Below, in pieces: positions 39,564-52,974 of a DNA stretch of 64,000 nt; position 1 is the first letter of the stretch, and each line of letters starts with the position of its first letter. This DNA comes from Octopus vulgaris (lineage: Eukaryota): contig OX597817.1 in the NCBI GenBank assembly GCA_951406725.2, positions 15,128,001 to 15,192,000 on the forward strand. The letters run 5' to 3'. The notes beneath the pieces were generated by a model. It worked only from the letters and a program-made list of their open reading frames with translations, ran no database searches and had not been told where the DNA came from. The position numbers and the translations under genes are program-made.

Positions 39564-42238
39564 TCATCATCATCATCGTTTAACGTCTGTTCTCCATGCT
39601 AGCATGGGTTGCACGGTTCGACCGGGGATCTGGGAAGCCAGAAGGCTGCACCAGGCTCCGGTCTTATCTGGCAATGTTTCTACAGCTAGATGCCCTTCCT
39701 AACGCCAACCACTCCGTGAGTGTAGTGGGTGCTTTTTATGTGCCACCTGCACTGGTGCCAGGCGAGGCTGGCAACGGCCACGGTCGGATTGGTGCATTTT
39801 ACGTGCCACCTGCACGGAAGCCAGTCGAGGTGGCACTGGCTTCGGCCACGATTCGGACAGTGCTTTTTACGTATCTCCAGTCCAGGGGTCCTGGCATCTG
39901 CCGGGTGCAAGTCATAGGATTGGTTCAATTTCGATTTCGATTTCACTTGCCCCAACAGGTCTTCGCAAGCAAAGGGGGGTTGGCATAGGTGCCTGTCGTC
40001 GGATGAGGTTCAATATCGACTTCGCTTGCTTCAACAGGTCTTTGTGTGTCCAAGGGAGGAAAGGCATGCATAAGTGGGCTGGACTCACTTGTCCAGCCTG
40101 GTCTTTTCACGCACAGCATATTTCCAAAGGTCTCGGTCGTTGGTCATTTCCTCAGTGAGACCTAAAGTTCGAAGGTCGTGCTTCACCACCTCGTCCCAAG
40201 TTTTCCTGGGTTTACCTCTTCCACGGGTTCCCTCCACTGCTAGGGAATGGCACTTTTTCACACACCTATCTTCATCCATTCTCGCCACATGACCATACCA
40301 GCGCAATCGTCTCTCTTGCACACCACAACTGATGCTCCTTAGGTCCAACATTTCTTTCAGGGTACTAACGCTCTGTCGAGCATGCACACTGATATTACAC
40401 ATCCATCAGAGCATACTGGCTTCATTTCTCGTGAGCTTACGCATGTCCTCAGCAGTCACGGCCCATGTTTCACTGCCATGTAGCATGGCTGTTCGTACAC
40501 ATGCATCATACAGTCTGCCTTTTACTCTGAGCGAGAGGCCTTTAGTCACCAGCAGAGGTAAGAGCTCCCTAAACTTTGCCCAGGCTATTCTTACTCTAGC
40601 CGTTACACTTTCAGCACCCCCACCCCCACTACTGACTTGGTCACCAAGATAACGGAAGCTATCAACTACTTCTAGTTTTTCCCCCTGGAAAGTGACGGAA
40701 GTTGTTTTCTGCAGATTTTCAGAGGTTAATGCTCTCGAGCATCTGCCACATACAAAAACTATTTTCCTAGTTAGCCTTCCTTTGACATTGCTGCACCTCT
40801 TATGTGTCCATAGCTTACACTTGGTGCATCTTATAGAGTTTCTACCTACGCCTTTTCTACAGATCGAGCAGGGCTATCTACCTGAAGGCGTTTGTGATTT
40901 GTCTACCTTCCTACTTATTACGACTTTGGTTTTAGCTAGATTGACTCTAAGGCCCTTCGATTCTAAACCTTGCTTCTACACCTGAAACTTCTCCTCCAGT
41001 TCTGATAGTGACTCAGCAATAAGGGCAAGGTCATCAGCATAGAGGAGCTCCCAGGGGCATCCTGTCTTGAATTCCTCCGTTATTGCCTGGAGGACTATGA
41101 TAAATAGGAGGGGGCTGAGGACTGAGCCTTGGTGGACCCCTACCTCTACCCGGAATTCTTCACTGTACTCGTTGCCAACCCTTACCTTACTAGCAGCGTC
41201 CCTGTACATGGCTCGCACAGCTCTCACTAACCATTCATCTATCCCTAGTTTCCTCATTGACCACCAGATGAGGGATTGGGGGGATCCTGTCGAAGGCTTT
41301 CTCCATGTCAACGAAAGCCAGGTACAGGGGCTTATCTTTGGCTAGGTATTTCTCCTGCAGCTGCCTTACCAGGAATATAGCATCAGTGGTACTTTTCCCT
41401 GGCACGAACCCAAACTGCATCTCATCTAAACTAACTCTCTCTCTAATTAGTTGGGCTATGACCCTCTCTGTAACCTTTATTACCTGATCCAACAGCTTGA
41501 TACCTCTGTAATTATTTGTATCTAGGGTGTCACCTTTACCTTTGTAGCAGTTGACTATTATGCTGCTACACCAGTCATTGGGTATGACTCCTTTGTGTAT
41601 CACCTGATCAACTATATGGGTGACTAGGCTATAGCCGACACTACCAGATATTTTGAGCATCTCTGCAGTGAAACCTGATGGGCCTGGAGCTTTCCCTGTC
41701 TTCATGCTTCTAATTGCCTTAACTACCAAGGAACTATCAACTCTGATAGCTGGTCCCTCTGTTGGGTCAACGTTCGGCAGACTCTCTTTATCCCATTCAT
41801 TCTCTTTATTCAGCAACCTTTCATAGTGGCGTCTCCAAACCTCTCTCTTTGCATCCTCATTTAGCGCAAGTGAACCATCTTCCATGCGAACACACTTCTC
41901 TCCCACCACATCACGATTCTCTCTCACACACTGTCTTGCAACGCGAAACACCTCCAGTCTTTGGTCCTCACAGCGCAGAACATTGGCAAATTTTTTCTTA
42001 TCTGCTTCCCCTCTGGCTAAATAGACCTGTCTCCTAGCTTCCCTTTTAGCAGTCTGATACAATTCCCTGCTACCACCATTCTTCCAGTGCTTCCAAGTCT
42101 GTCTCTTTTCTCTAATAGCCCTGTCTACAACACTGTTCCACCACCACGTTACCTTGGGACGAGAGGGGACCTTGCACCAGCCACAGATCTGGTCAGTGGC
42201 TCTCAGCAGGTTGTCCCTTAGAAACGTCCAGTTGCCCT
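39564..42238 (-). mobile_element. RTE-clade LINE, 5'-truncated, decayed ORF (RT + PHD finger + C-terminus), structured 3' UTR, (GAT)n tail
   Basis: RT motifs KAPGPSG, NYRGIKLL, QFGFVPGKSTTDAIF, AFVDMEKAFD, GVHQGSVLSPLLF, LLYADD; C-terminal RLRWYGHVARM...GTRGRGKPRKTW; frameshift near 41280; stops at 40976 and about 40874. Confidence 0.93.
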
Positions 42239-43944
42239 CTCTCTCTCTCTATATATATATATATATTCATAAATGAATATATATATACGTTGAATGTAAT
42301 GTTATTTCTTATTGGAAACAACTTTGGTGGCTATACCAGAAAAAGGAGCTATTTTTAGCACTAGAGTTAACCACTTAGCAGTAACTCTCTTATATTTAAG
42401 TATATATATATATATATATAAATGCCAGAACACTTGTTGGTTCAGTGATATTGCTTTGCTATGCAATGGTATTGATGTATTCAATAGATAAAATGGTGTG
42501 TTATAAAACCTTCAGTGATTTCTACTTGACTGAAATTCTCTTAACTTCTGATGACCATTTCAGATATCAGACTTTGGCATTTTCTAAGTCTTATATTTTA
42601 TAGAAGCTATTCTTGGTGTTATAGCAAATCTTTATTATAACTTTCCTTTGCAGGAATTACCACAAGTATATTGAAATCTTGGCTATTATTAACTTTCCAA
42701 AGTAATTATTTATTTTAACAGGGTATAACCACAACTTTGTAATGGGAAGTTGACTTAACTGGTACCTATTTTCTTAATCTTGATGCGAGAGAAAGCAAAT
42801 TTAATCCCATCAGTAAGTCATTAAATTAAATACTATAAAAAGTGTTTAGGCAAAGCCTTTGGTCTGTCTCTATTCTACTCCTTTTATGTGGAGGCACAAT
42901 GGCCCAGTGGTTAGGGCAGCGGACTCGCGGACATAGGATCGCGGTTTCGATTCCTAGACGGGGCGTTGTGAGTGTTTATTGAGCGAAAACACCTAAAGTT
43001 CCACGAGGCTCCGACAGGGGATGGTGGTGATCCCTGCTGTACTCTTTCACCACAACTTTCTCTCACTCTTACTTCCTGTTTCTGTTGTACCTGTATTTCA
43101 AAGGGCCGGCCTTGTCACTCTCTGTGTCACGCTGAATATCCCCGAGAACTACGTTAAGGGTACACGTGTCTGTGGAGTGCTCAGCCACTTACACGTTAAT
43201 TTCACGAGCAGGCTGTTCCGTTGATTTGGATCAACCGGAAACCTCGTCGTTGTAACCGACGGAGTGCTTCTTAAACTCCTTTTATTCATGGTGATTACTG
43301 TATTAAGCAATTAAATATATCTTCTTAAAATTATCAAAAATAACAAATCTAAGACAGTTTGTAAGTTGTCTTTTCCATTCTTCAGCTTTGCAATCAGAAA
43401 TCTTCAATTTTTGTTTCATGTCATGTGAACTAAAAAACAACAAAAACAAAAGCCTTTTGTGAATTAAGGAAAATCTTGACTGAAACCTTCTTTTGAATTG
43501 TATAGGTAAATTATCTTTATGTTGCAATAATCATCATCATCATCGTTTAATGTCCATTTTCCATGCTAGCACGGGTTGGACGATTTGACTGAGGACTGGT
43601 AAACCAGATGGCTGCACTAGGCTCCAATCTGATCTAGCAGTGTTTCTACAGCTGGATGCCCTTCCTAATGCCAACCACTCTGAGAGTGTAGTGGGTGCTT
43701 TTTATGTGCCAGTTTCAAATTTTGGTACAAGGCCAGCAGGTATGGGAGAGGGCTTAAGTTGATTAAATTGTGCTGGTGTTCAACTGGTATTTATTTTATT
43801 GACCCTGAAAGGATGAAGAGCAAAGTTGACCCCCAGCAGAATTTGAACTCAGAATGTAAAGATGGATGAAATGCCACTGAGCAATTTGCTCAGCATGCTA
43901 ATGTTTCTGCCAGCTTACTGCTTTATATGTTGCAATAATACTGA

Positions 43945-44823
43945 TCATCATCATTATCGTTTAATGTCCGCTTTCCATGCTAGCATGGGTTGGACGATTT
44001 GACTGAGGACTGGCGAACCAGATGGCTACACCAGGCTCCAATCTTGATCTGGCAAAGTTTCTACAGCTGGATGCCCTTCCTAATGCCAACCACTCTGAGA
44101 GTGTAGTGGGTGCTTTTATGTGTCACTGGCACGAGGGCCAGTCAGGCAGTACTGGCAATGACCACGTTCAAATGGTGATTTTTACGTGCCACCTGTACAG
44201 GAGCCAGTCCAGTGGCACTGTCAACAACCTCGCTTGAATGTTTTTTCACATGCCACTGGCACAAGAGCCTGTAAGGCGATGCTGGGAACGATCATGCTTG
44301 AATGGTACTTTTTACGTGCCACCAGCACGGAAACCAGTTAGCTGCTCTGGCAACGATTACACTTGGATGGTGCTCTTAGCGCTCAACTAGCACAGATGCC
44401 AGTCATCGAATTTGATTTCAATTTCACTTGCCTCAACAGGTCTTCGCAAGCAGAGTTTAGTGTCCAACGAAGGAAAGGTATGCATAAGTGGGCTGGTTAC
44501 AGCCATGAGGTTATGGTCTCACTTGGCTTGCCGGGTCTTCTCAAGCACAGCATATTTCCAAAAGTCTCGGTCACTAGTCATTGCCTCGGTGAGGCCTAAT
44601 GTTCAAAGGTCATGCTTCACCACCTCATCCCAGGTCTTCCTGGGTCGACCTCTTCCACAGGTTCCCTCAACCACTAGTGTGTGGCACTTTTTCACACAGC
44701 TATCCTCATCCATTCTCGCCACATGACCATACCAGCGCAGTTGTCTCTCTTGCACACCACATCGGATGCTTCTTAGGTCCAACTTTTCTCTCAAGGTACT
44801 TACACTCTGTCGAGTATGCACTG
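43945..44823 (-). mobile_element. RTE LINE 3' fragment
   Basis: ORF 44603..44821 (LRWYGHVARM...GRGRPRKTW), 3' UTR modules, CAT-repeat tail. Confidence 0.9.
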
Positions 44824-45194
44824 TCTACTATTTACACAACATAATGAAAAAAAATTTAAGTGGCCAATTATTCTAGCTTTTCACTATAGTATAGGAGCCA
44901 TTAAAAAAAATGTTTCAGTTTAGTTTCTTTAGATTCATTTTCTAGTATCTCTAACTTTATTCATCATGGTGATTTGGTTAAAAAAAGCAAAAACAATCTG
45001 TAATAAATTATCTCCATGCACTTTGTAAACGTAGCAAATGGTAGATTTGTCAACAAATTTGTGGCCCACAGCAGCAAAGCTGTATTTTCTTATGTATTTT
45101 CTTGATCATCTCTGCCTTTTCTTATGCTTGTCTGTCATTTGTGAGAATCAAGTGCCTTTGTATTTTTTCTGTTCACAGGTCCCATGTTTATAGG

Positions 45195-45491
45195 TTGTTG
45201 TTTGTTCCTTCTTGAGCCACGCCTGGCTCATAGGGCTGGTTTCTTGGTTTCCTTGGCGTATAGGATTCCCCACCTGGACGGGACGCTGGTCCGTCGCAGG
45301 TGAGCTGCAAGATGCAGGAGGAAAGAGTGAAAGTTGTGGCGAAAGAGTCAGCAGAAGTTCGCCATTACCTTCTTTTGCTCGTAAACACACATATTGCCTG
45401 GTCTGAGATTCGAACCCGTGATCCCTTGACCGCGAGTCCACTGCTCTAGTTTTTTACTATAGTATAACCACTAGGCCATATGCCTCCACAC
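45195..45491 (-). mobile_element. SINE with a family-B-like tRNA head but a different body and (AAC)n tail
   Basis: Head GGAGGCATATGGCCTAGTGG...GGACTCGCGGTC...GGGTTCGAATC; body CCTGCGACGGACCAGCGTCCCGTCCAGG. Confidence 0.8.
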
Positions 45492-46227
45492 GTTTATGGG
45501 TAGGAATATGTAAATCCATAAACCTTATCAGGCGCAGGAGTGGCTGTGTGGTAAGTAGCTTGCTAACCAGCCACATGGTTCCGGGTTCAGTCCCACTGCG
45601 TGGCATCTTGGGCAAGTGTCTTCTGCTATAGCCCCGGGCCGACCAATGCCTTGTGAGTGGATTTGGTAGACGGAAACTGAAAGAAGCCTGTCGTATATAG
45701 GTATATATATATATATATATGTGTATGTTTGTGTGTCTGTGTTTGTCCCTCTAGCATTGCTTGACAACCGATGCTGGTGTGTTTACGTCCCCGTCACTTA
45801 GTGGTTCGGCAAAAGAGACCGATAGAATAAGTACTGGGCTTACAAAGAATAAGTCCCGGGGTCGATTTGCTTGACTAAAGGCGGTGCTCCAGCATGGCTG
45901 CAGTCAAATGACTGAAACGAGTAAAAGAGTAAGAGTTATCAGTGGAGGTTAATGTTTTAATATTCTCTTATCCATTGGAATATCAAAATCCTTCTTTTAG
46001 AAATAAGGGCTCCTAGTTCAAGTCCAATCTTGTATTTTATTCACTTGTTTCAGTTCGTTGGTCTGTGACCGTGTTGGAGAACCACCTTGTAGTTAAATAA
46101 ATTGAACCTGGTACTATTTTGAAGTCTGGTACTTATTCTGTTGTGGGTTCTTTTGCCAAACCACTAAGTTACAGGGATGTTGACAAGCAGTGGTAGGGAC
46201 AAAAACAAATATGGAGACACATAGACT

Positions 46228-46230
<3 letters not shown>

Positions 46231-46269
<39 letters not shown>

Positions 46270-46319
46270 ACTATATAAATGTAAGTATATATATATATAC
46301 ACACACACATATACATATA

Positions 46320-46362
<43 letters not shown>
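46231..46362. repeat. Compound (TA)n/(CA)n microsatellite
   Basis: Directly visible; many shorter (TA)n tracts elsewhere. Confidence 0.95.
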
Positions 46363-46364
<2 letters not shown>

Positions 46365-46454
46365 TCATTGTTTAACATCCGTTTTCCTTGCTGGCAATGT
46401 TTCTACAGCTGGATACCCCTCCTAATGCTAACCATTCTAAGAGTGTAGTGAGTG

Positions 46455-46490
<36 letters not shown>

Positions 46491-46505
46491 CAACTGTATA
46501 AAATT

Positions 46506-47545
46506 CATCATCATCATCATTTAATGTCTGTTGTCCATGCTGGTATGGGTTGGATGATTTGACCTGGGCTGGCAAGCTGGAAGGCTGCACCAGACCCCAG
46601 TCTGAGTTAGCATGGTTTCTACAGCTGGATGCCTTTCCTAATGCCAACCACTCCGAGAGTGTAATGGGTACTTTCACGTGTCACTGGCACAGGTGCCATT
46701 TGTGTGACATCAGTATCTTCCACAACTGCGATTTTACTTGATTTGTTGGGTCTTCTTCTCAAGCGCCGCATAATGCCAGAGGTCTCGGTCATTCGTCATT
46801 GTCTCTGTGAGGCCCAACACTCAAAAGGTGCTTTGCATGTGCCACTGGCATTGGGCACATTGCCTCCATGAGGCCCAGCACTCGAAAGGTGCTTTTTAAG
46901 TGCCATCAACATTGGCCATGACTACGATTTCACTTGGCTTGACAGGTCTTCTCAAGCACAGCATATTGCCAAAGGTCTTAGTCACTAGTCATTGCCTCTG
47001 TGAGGCCCAAAGTTCAAAGATCATGCTTGACCACCTCATCCCATGTCTTCCTGGATCTACCTCTACAAGTTCCCTCCCCAGTTAGAGATTGGCACTTCCT
47101 CACACTGCTCTCCTCGTCCATATGCATCGCATGACCATACCAGTGCAGTTGTCTCTCTTGCACACCACATTTGATGCTTCTTATGTCCAGCTTTTCTCTC
47201 AAGATGTTTACACTCTGTTGAACACACACACTGACATTTCACATCCAGCAAAGTGTACTGGCTTCATTTCTTTCAAGTCAATGCATGTCCTCGGTTGTTA
47301 CAGCTCATGTTTCACTGTTGTGTAACATGGCTGTTCACACACAGGCATCATACAATCTACCTTTTACTCTGAGGGAGAGGTGCTTTGCTACCAATAGAGG
47401 TAGTTCTCTGAACTTTGCCCAGCCAATTTTTATTCTCACAACCACAATCTCATTGCATCCACCTCTGCTACTAACTTGGTTACCTAGATAATGGAAGTTA
47501 TATACTACCTCTAGCTTACCCTGTTGGTAGTTGATGGAGTCCATA
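46506..47545 (-). mobile_element. RTE LINE 3' fragment
   Basis: LEVVYNFHYLG...RVKGRLYDACV, LHWYGHAMHM; CAT tail. Confidence 0.85.
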
Positions 47546-48782
47546 CAACTACATAAATATATCTATATCGCAGTCGTGACAGATACCGGTGTCACACAAA
47601 TTGACATGTAAACACACCCCTGTGTCATGCAAATGCCACCTGTGCCGGTGGCACGTAAATGCACCCATAACACTCTCAGAGTAATTGGCATTAGGAAGGG
47701 CATCCAGCTGTAGAAAACCATGTCAAATCAAACTAGATCCCGGTGCAACCTTCCAGCATGGACAAAGGATGTTAAACGATGATGATACATACATATACAC
47801 ACAATGGGCTTCTACACAGTGTCCATTTACCAGATTTACTCATAAGACATTGATTAGCCCAATGTTATTGTCTAAAATGCTGTACAGTGGAACTGAAATC
47901 CAAACCATGTGGTTGCAAAATGAACTTCTTACTCCACACAGCTATGCCTTTACCTGTATATGTCCAAGAGTAAAACATCCGATGATGATCTAATACCAAA
48001 CTGACGGAAACATAGTGTAGGTGTAAATAATAAATTATTTTATCGATAAAGATGAGGTTGAGATTTTTTAAAAATCTTCCACTATCCCACCAAAAACAAA
48101 CTATATAACTCATCTCAAAATTTAATTTCCTAATAATTATAAAAATTTTTACTTGGGTAATTTAATCTACAGTTCTTTTTCTAATATAACCAGGTTACAG
48201 AAAGTCTTTACTTTTTAATTATAAATTGTGTATTATTTATTTAGGTTATTAAAATATACTTTCAAAAATTATTTCCCTTAGCTGCTAAATGATGTTACTT
48301 TAACTTGAGATGGAAGTTTAGTCATGGACATTGACTGATGTGTTCTTCAGCTGCAGGCCTCTATTGATCCAATTAGATAGCTGTAAACAAAAGTATCCCA
48401 GCTGTGATGATATTTTTGTTTTTTCTTTCATAGTGTATTTAGAACTGTATAATTCAATATGTCTTTTCTAACATGGTAAGGAATAGTTTGAGGAAGTTTA
48501 CATAGTTATTCTAGCAGGTTAAGTAACTGCAAAAAACACATTTTCTCTGCATTGACATTTTATATTCTTATATATGTATGATCCGATCCATGCAAGCATG
48601 GAAATGTAGATGTAAAACAGACGACAACGATGATGATATACAATAGATCTACTATGTTAGATTATGCAATAGAAAAACATGTTAACCGTCAGTATATTTT
48701 CTTCAGTATTTGCTTTGAGGCAATTAAGAAATTGGTGGTGTGCATCTGTAATATGATTATCAGTAGGTGAAAACTAGTTCGA

Positions 48783-48819
<37 letters not shown>

Positions 48820-51515
48820 TACAACTGGTCCCTTCACCAAATTTCCCCCAAAAGAGATCCCTCCCACCAGCATCTCTTTAATTGCAATGTTCTGCTGCTG
48901 TAATTAAATGAGAGCAGAACTGCATATTTCACCAACTTTTCCCAGATACCATTTATCTTCCTCGTAGTCCAGAACCTTTTCACCTGTCCTCTGCACCCAT
49001 CTTTTATATTGATCATCTTCCTGAACCACCAAATTGTCACCATAGCATCATTTACTACACTTCCCTCTGCACTCTAGCAGAGCCTGGGCAGGCTTTGCCC
49101 AACCACCAGTCATCTCTTTCTCACATCCACCTCCTGTCTACTCTGTCAATATTACTATCCTGCTGCTCTTCACCACCAGTCATCTATTACTCTCCTCTAA
49201 CTTACACCTCACCACTTATCCAATATCCACAGTTGTCACCTACTCTCTTATATCATCCTGCAACATTTTTCTTCATTATATTCACTCCTCACCCTTTCCT
49301 CATCTCTCATGTAACCTCTACCCACCTACATTCCCTGTTCTTCTCTTGGCTCAACTCACCTTGTACCCCGAAGGTCCACCCTGACACTTGTCACCACTAT
49401 TTGTATATCTTTCGAATTTCACCCTGGTCACTCTCACACTCTCTTCTATAACGTGAGTAGCCTTGTAGCCCCTCTAAAACAAGAAACCTGTTCTCTTCTG
49501 GCCCTTTCTTTCATACTTTAATCCCCTCATCTCCCAGCATAAAGTCATCTTATTTACTACAACCCTTCTGAATTGAAGGGGACCTTAATCTTGCAAGTTG
49601 CTTGGCAACCTAATTAATGGTGCAAAAGCAGACATTGGAGTGTGATGCAGTCCTTGAACCTGTCAAACAATCCAACCCATGCTAGCACAGAAGATGGATG
49701 TTAAATGATGATGATGATGATAATATCTCTAAGGGTGGAAAACTGGCAACCTTTGAGATCCTTAAGTGCAGCTTTGTGAAGTAAGTCTGGATTTTTCATT
49801 AAAAAATACATTTTGTTGATTACATATTACAGTATTCATTAAGTCATTAAAAAGATCTGTTTAATTTACATTTTCATCTCATTTTTCTATATTGTTAATC
49901 AAATTTTCTTTAATGTGTTTTCTTTCTTTTATTCTTTTAGCTGTTTCAGTTAGTAGACTGAGGCCATACTGGAGCACTATATATTTAGGCTTAGTCAAAC
50001 AAATCGACCCCAGTAATTAATTTGTCTGGTATTTATTCAACTGGTCAGTTTTCCTTGAATTGTCAAGTTACAGGGATGTAAAGAAATCAACACCAGTTGT
50101 CAAGTGGTGGTGGAAGCAAACACCGAGATACACACACACACATTTTCATTATAAGAATTTAAAATCTTCAAAAGAATCGGAGTAAATTATATCTTTTTAA
50201 AGTGAAACTCAAAGTAGATGAAGTTATAAATACTATCATAGGCGCAGGAGTGGCTGTGTGGTAAGTAGCTTGTTTACCAACCACATGGTTCCGGGTTCAG
50301 TCCCACTGCGTGGCATCTTGGGCAAGTGTCTTCTGCTATAGCCCCGGGCCGACCAATGCCTTGTGAGTGGATTTGTTAGACGGAAACTGAAAGAAGCCTG
50401 TCGTATATATGTATATATATATATGTGTTTGTCCCCCTAGCATTGCTTGACAACCGATGCTGGTGTGTTTACGTCCCTGTCACTTAGCGGTTCGGCAAAA
50501 GAGACCGATAGAATAAGTACTGGGCTTACAAAGAATAAGTGCCGGGGTCGAGTTGCTTGATTAAAGGCGGTGCTCCAGCATGGCCGCAGTCAAATGACTG
50601 AAGCAAATAAAAGAGTATATAGACTATTGTGTTTAAAAAAAAACCCCTTGAATCGATATAAGGTCAAAGCCTACATGTGGGACACAAACCTATATCTTCT
50701 GTGATCATGACAGACATACTAACCATTATATCAAAGCAACACTTTGAATTTGAATTTGAAGATGTGATGTTAAATGATGATGATGGGTTGAAGTTCGGTG
50801 AGCAGCCTTCAAGTTTTGCTCCAATCCAAAGGATTTTTTAATCTAATATTCTAGATTCTATCAATTACAGCTTTGCCTGCTTTGAGATCCAGTGTAAAAA
50901 TGCGTGTCTTTTATCTTTTACTTGTTTCAGTCATTAGACTGGGGCATCGCTTTGAAGAATTTGTAGCTGAATGAAATGATCCCAGTACTTATTTTTTTTT
51001 AAAAAGCTTGGTAGTATTCTATCAATCACTTTTGCTGGACTACTAAGTTACAGGGAAGTAAACAAACGAACAACGGTTGTCATGTGGTGGCGAGTGACAA
51101 ATACAAACACAAAACATACACACACACATATTAAAACAAAAAGTTAAATTCTGGTCATAGAGTTACCAAAGGATTCATATATATATATATATATATGACA
51201 GGCTTCTTTCAGTTTTCATCTACCAATTTCACTCACAAAGCTTCTGTCTACTGAAGGTGCCATGCAGTGGGACTGAAACACAAAACCATGTGGTTCAGAG
51301 CAAGCTTCTTACCACTCAGCCCTGCCCGTGCATCTCTCTTTATAAAAGAGACGAGAAGTTTTCATCAGGGTGACTCAAACCAATAGGTATGCAATCTGAG
51401 TTCTCAAATAGATATACCACTAAAATTCCAGTTTGAACTGCAGTTGAAAGTGTGATTTTGTGACTGACTTATCAGAAGCAGCTAGAAGTGGCTTCCCCAA
51501 GAGTTGGTAGGTATA

Positions 51516-51663
51516 GGTTAAAGTATAAAAGAGAAAGGCTAACAGTTTGGCAAGACTTGACAAGGACATTTAATTTAGCTATATAAAACCTTTTATAATA
51601 TAGCTAAATTAATGTCCTTGTCAAGTCTTGCCAAACTGTTTGCCTTTCCTTTTGTACTTAACC
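51516..51663. repeat. Inverted repeat (about 67-bp arms)
   Basis: 51541..51570 is the exact reverse complement of 51611..51640; pairing extends on both sides. Confidence 0.9.
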
Positions 51664-51729
51664 CGTATATATGATAAATCGTTAGCCAGTACACACATTT
51701 TTTTTTCTCTCCTTGTTTTTTCTGTGTCC

Positions 51730-51765
51730 CTTTCTGTAGAAGAGCGTAGGCTCGAAATGTAAAAG
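51730..51765 (+). ncRNA. Minimal hammerhead-like motif (A6U) in a PLE-like cassette at about 51670..51856
   Basis: CUUU-CUGUAGA-A-GAGC(GUAG)GCUC-GAA-AUGU-A-AAAG. Confidence 0.55.
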
Positions 51766-52280
51766 ACTTTTTCTATTCCTGAGCATTATACTAATACATC
51801 TGTTTGTTTTGTACACCACCTGTCTTCGTCTTTTGTTTCTTTCGTAAACTCTCCATATATATATATATATATATATATGTATATGATCACACACATAACA
51901 AGCTTCCACATAGATTTTTTTCTATCAAATTCACACACAATGTACTGGTCAGCCTGGGGCTATAATAGAAGACACTCACCCATAGTGCTGTGCAGTGGGC
52001 CTGAACCTGAAATCATATAGTTTGAAAGCAAACTTCTTAATCACACAACTATGCCTGTCCCTTATATCTAATTAAATGAGCTCTTATTAGATTACACTTA
52101 ATTTAATGTGACAAATAAATATAAAAGTTCCCCTACCTCTTATTCATGCAATAAAAATGATTGTATTTTCTAGAGTAAAGTCTGTTTATCTTCAACAATT
52201 TGAAAACATTCCAATATTTTGTTTTGTTATTGAGGTTCTTATAAGGCTACTAATTAACAAGAGCAACCATATACATATAA

Positions 52281-52331
<51 letters not shown>

Positions 52332-52399
52332 ACCTTGTGTGTACCGTTGGCGATTTTTTTCCCTCTGTCTTCCCTTCTCTGGATCTTTCCTTCTCCTAT

Positions 52400-52434
52400 G
52401 TTTCCGATGAAGAGCTCCGCTCGAAACGTTAAAC
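52400..52434 (+). ncRNA. Minimal hammerhead-like motif (U4C) in a PLE-like cassette at about 52329..52530
   Basis: GUUU-CCGAUGA-A-GAGC(UCC)GCUC-GAA-ACGU-U-AAAC. Confidence 0.6.
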
Positions 52435-52974
52435 CTTCCTTCTTTCCTGGGTGTCCAATAATACTATATTTGTTCCACGTCCTCACGTTGTTGTTTTTTT
52501 TTTTTGTGCTTTCTTGTTTGGATTAACTTTATATATATATACACACACATACAAATATAAATATATACACATAAAAATATACCTATATATATATATCTAC
52601 ACATACACACACACACACAAAACAGAATTTTGGTGGAACAAACAGTAGAAACAGAACTCAATACACCAGAGTATTTATCTTTTTTTTATTATTTGGTAAC
52701 ATAAGTTACGTAAGCGACTAAAAGGCGAAGTATTTTTAACATTTCACTTCTAAAATTAGGTGCAATGTGTAAAACCATCTGCCACTGAGCCATTTATGTA
52801 ACTTCACAGTTAAACCACGCACACACATATACACACACACGCATAGGTGCACATGCATACACACATGCATACACACAAATGTTTATTTAATAAATTAAAA
52901 CCTAATGTTTTGTAATACAAACAAATATTAAATATTATAACCAAAGTTGTCAACCACCTCACCAATAACAACAC

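Noticed and set aside
39564-42238. Active autonomous LINE
   Set aside because: 5'-truncated (most or all of the endonuclease is missing), with a frameshift and in-frame stops.
49095-49451. 118-aa ORF in a pyrimidine-rich tract (similar tracts at 1700..1980 and 21330..21470)
   Set aside because: Low-complexity, probably decayed repeat sequence; no recognisable domain or splice context.
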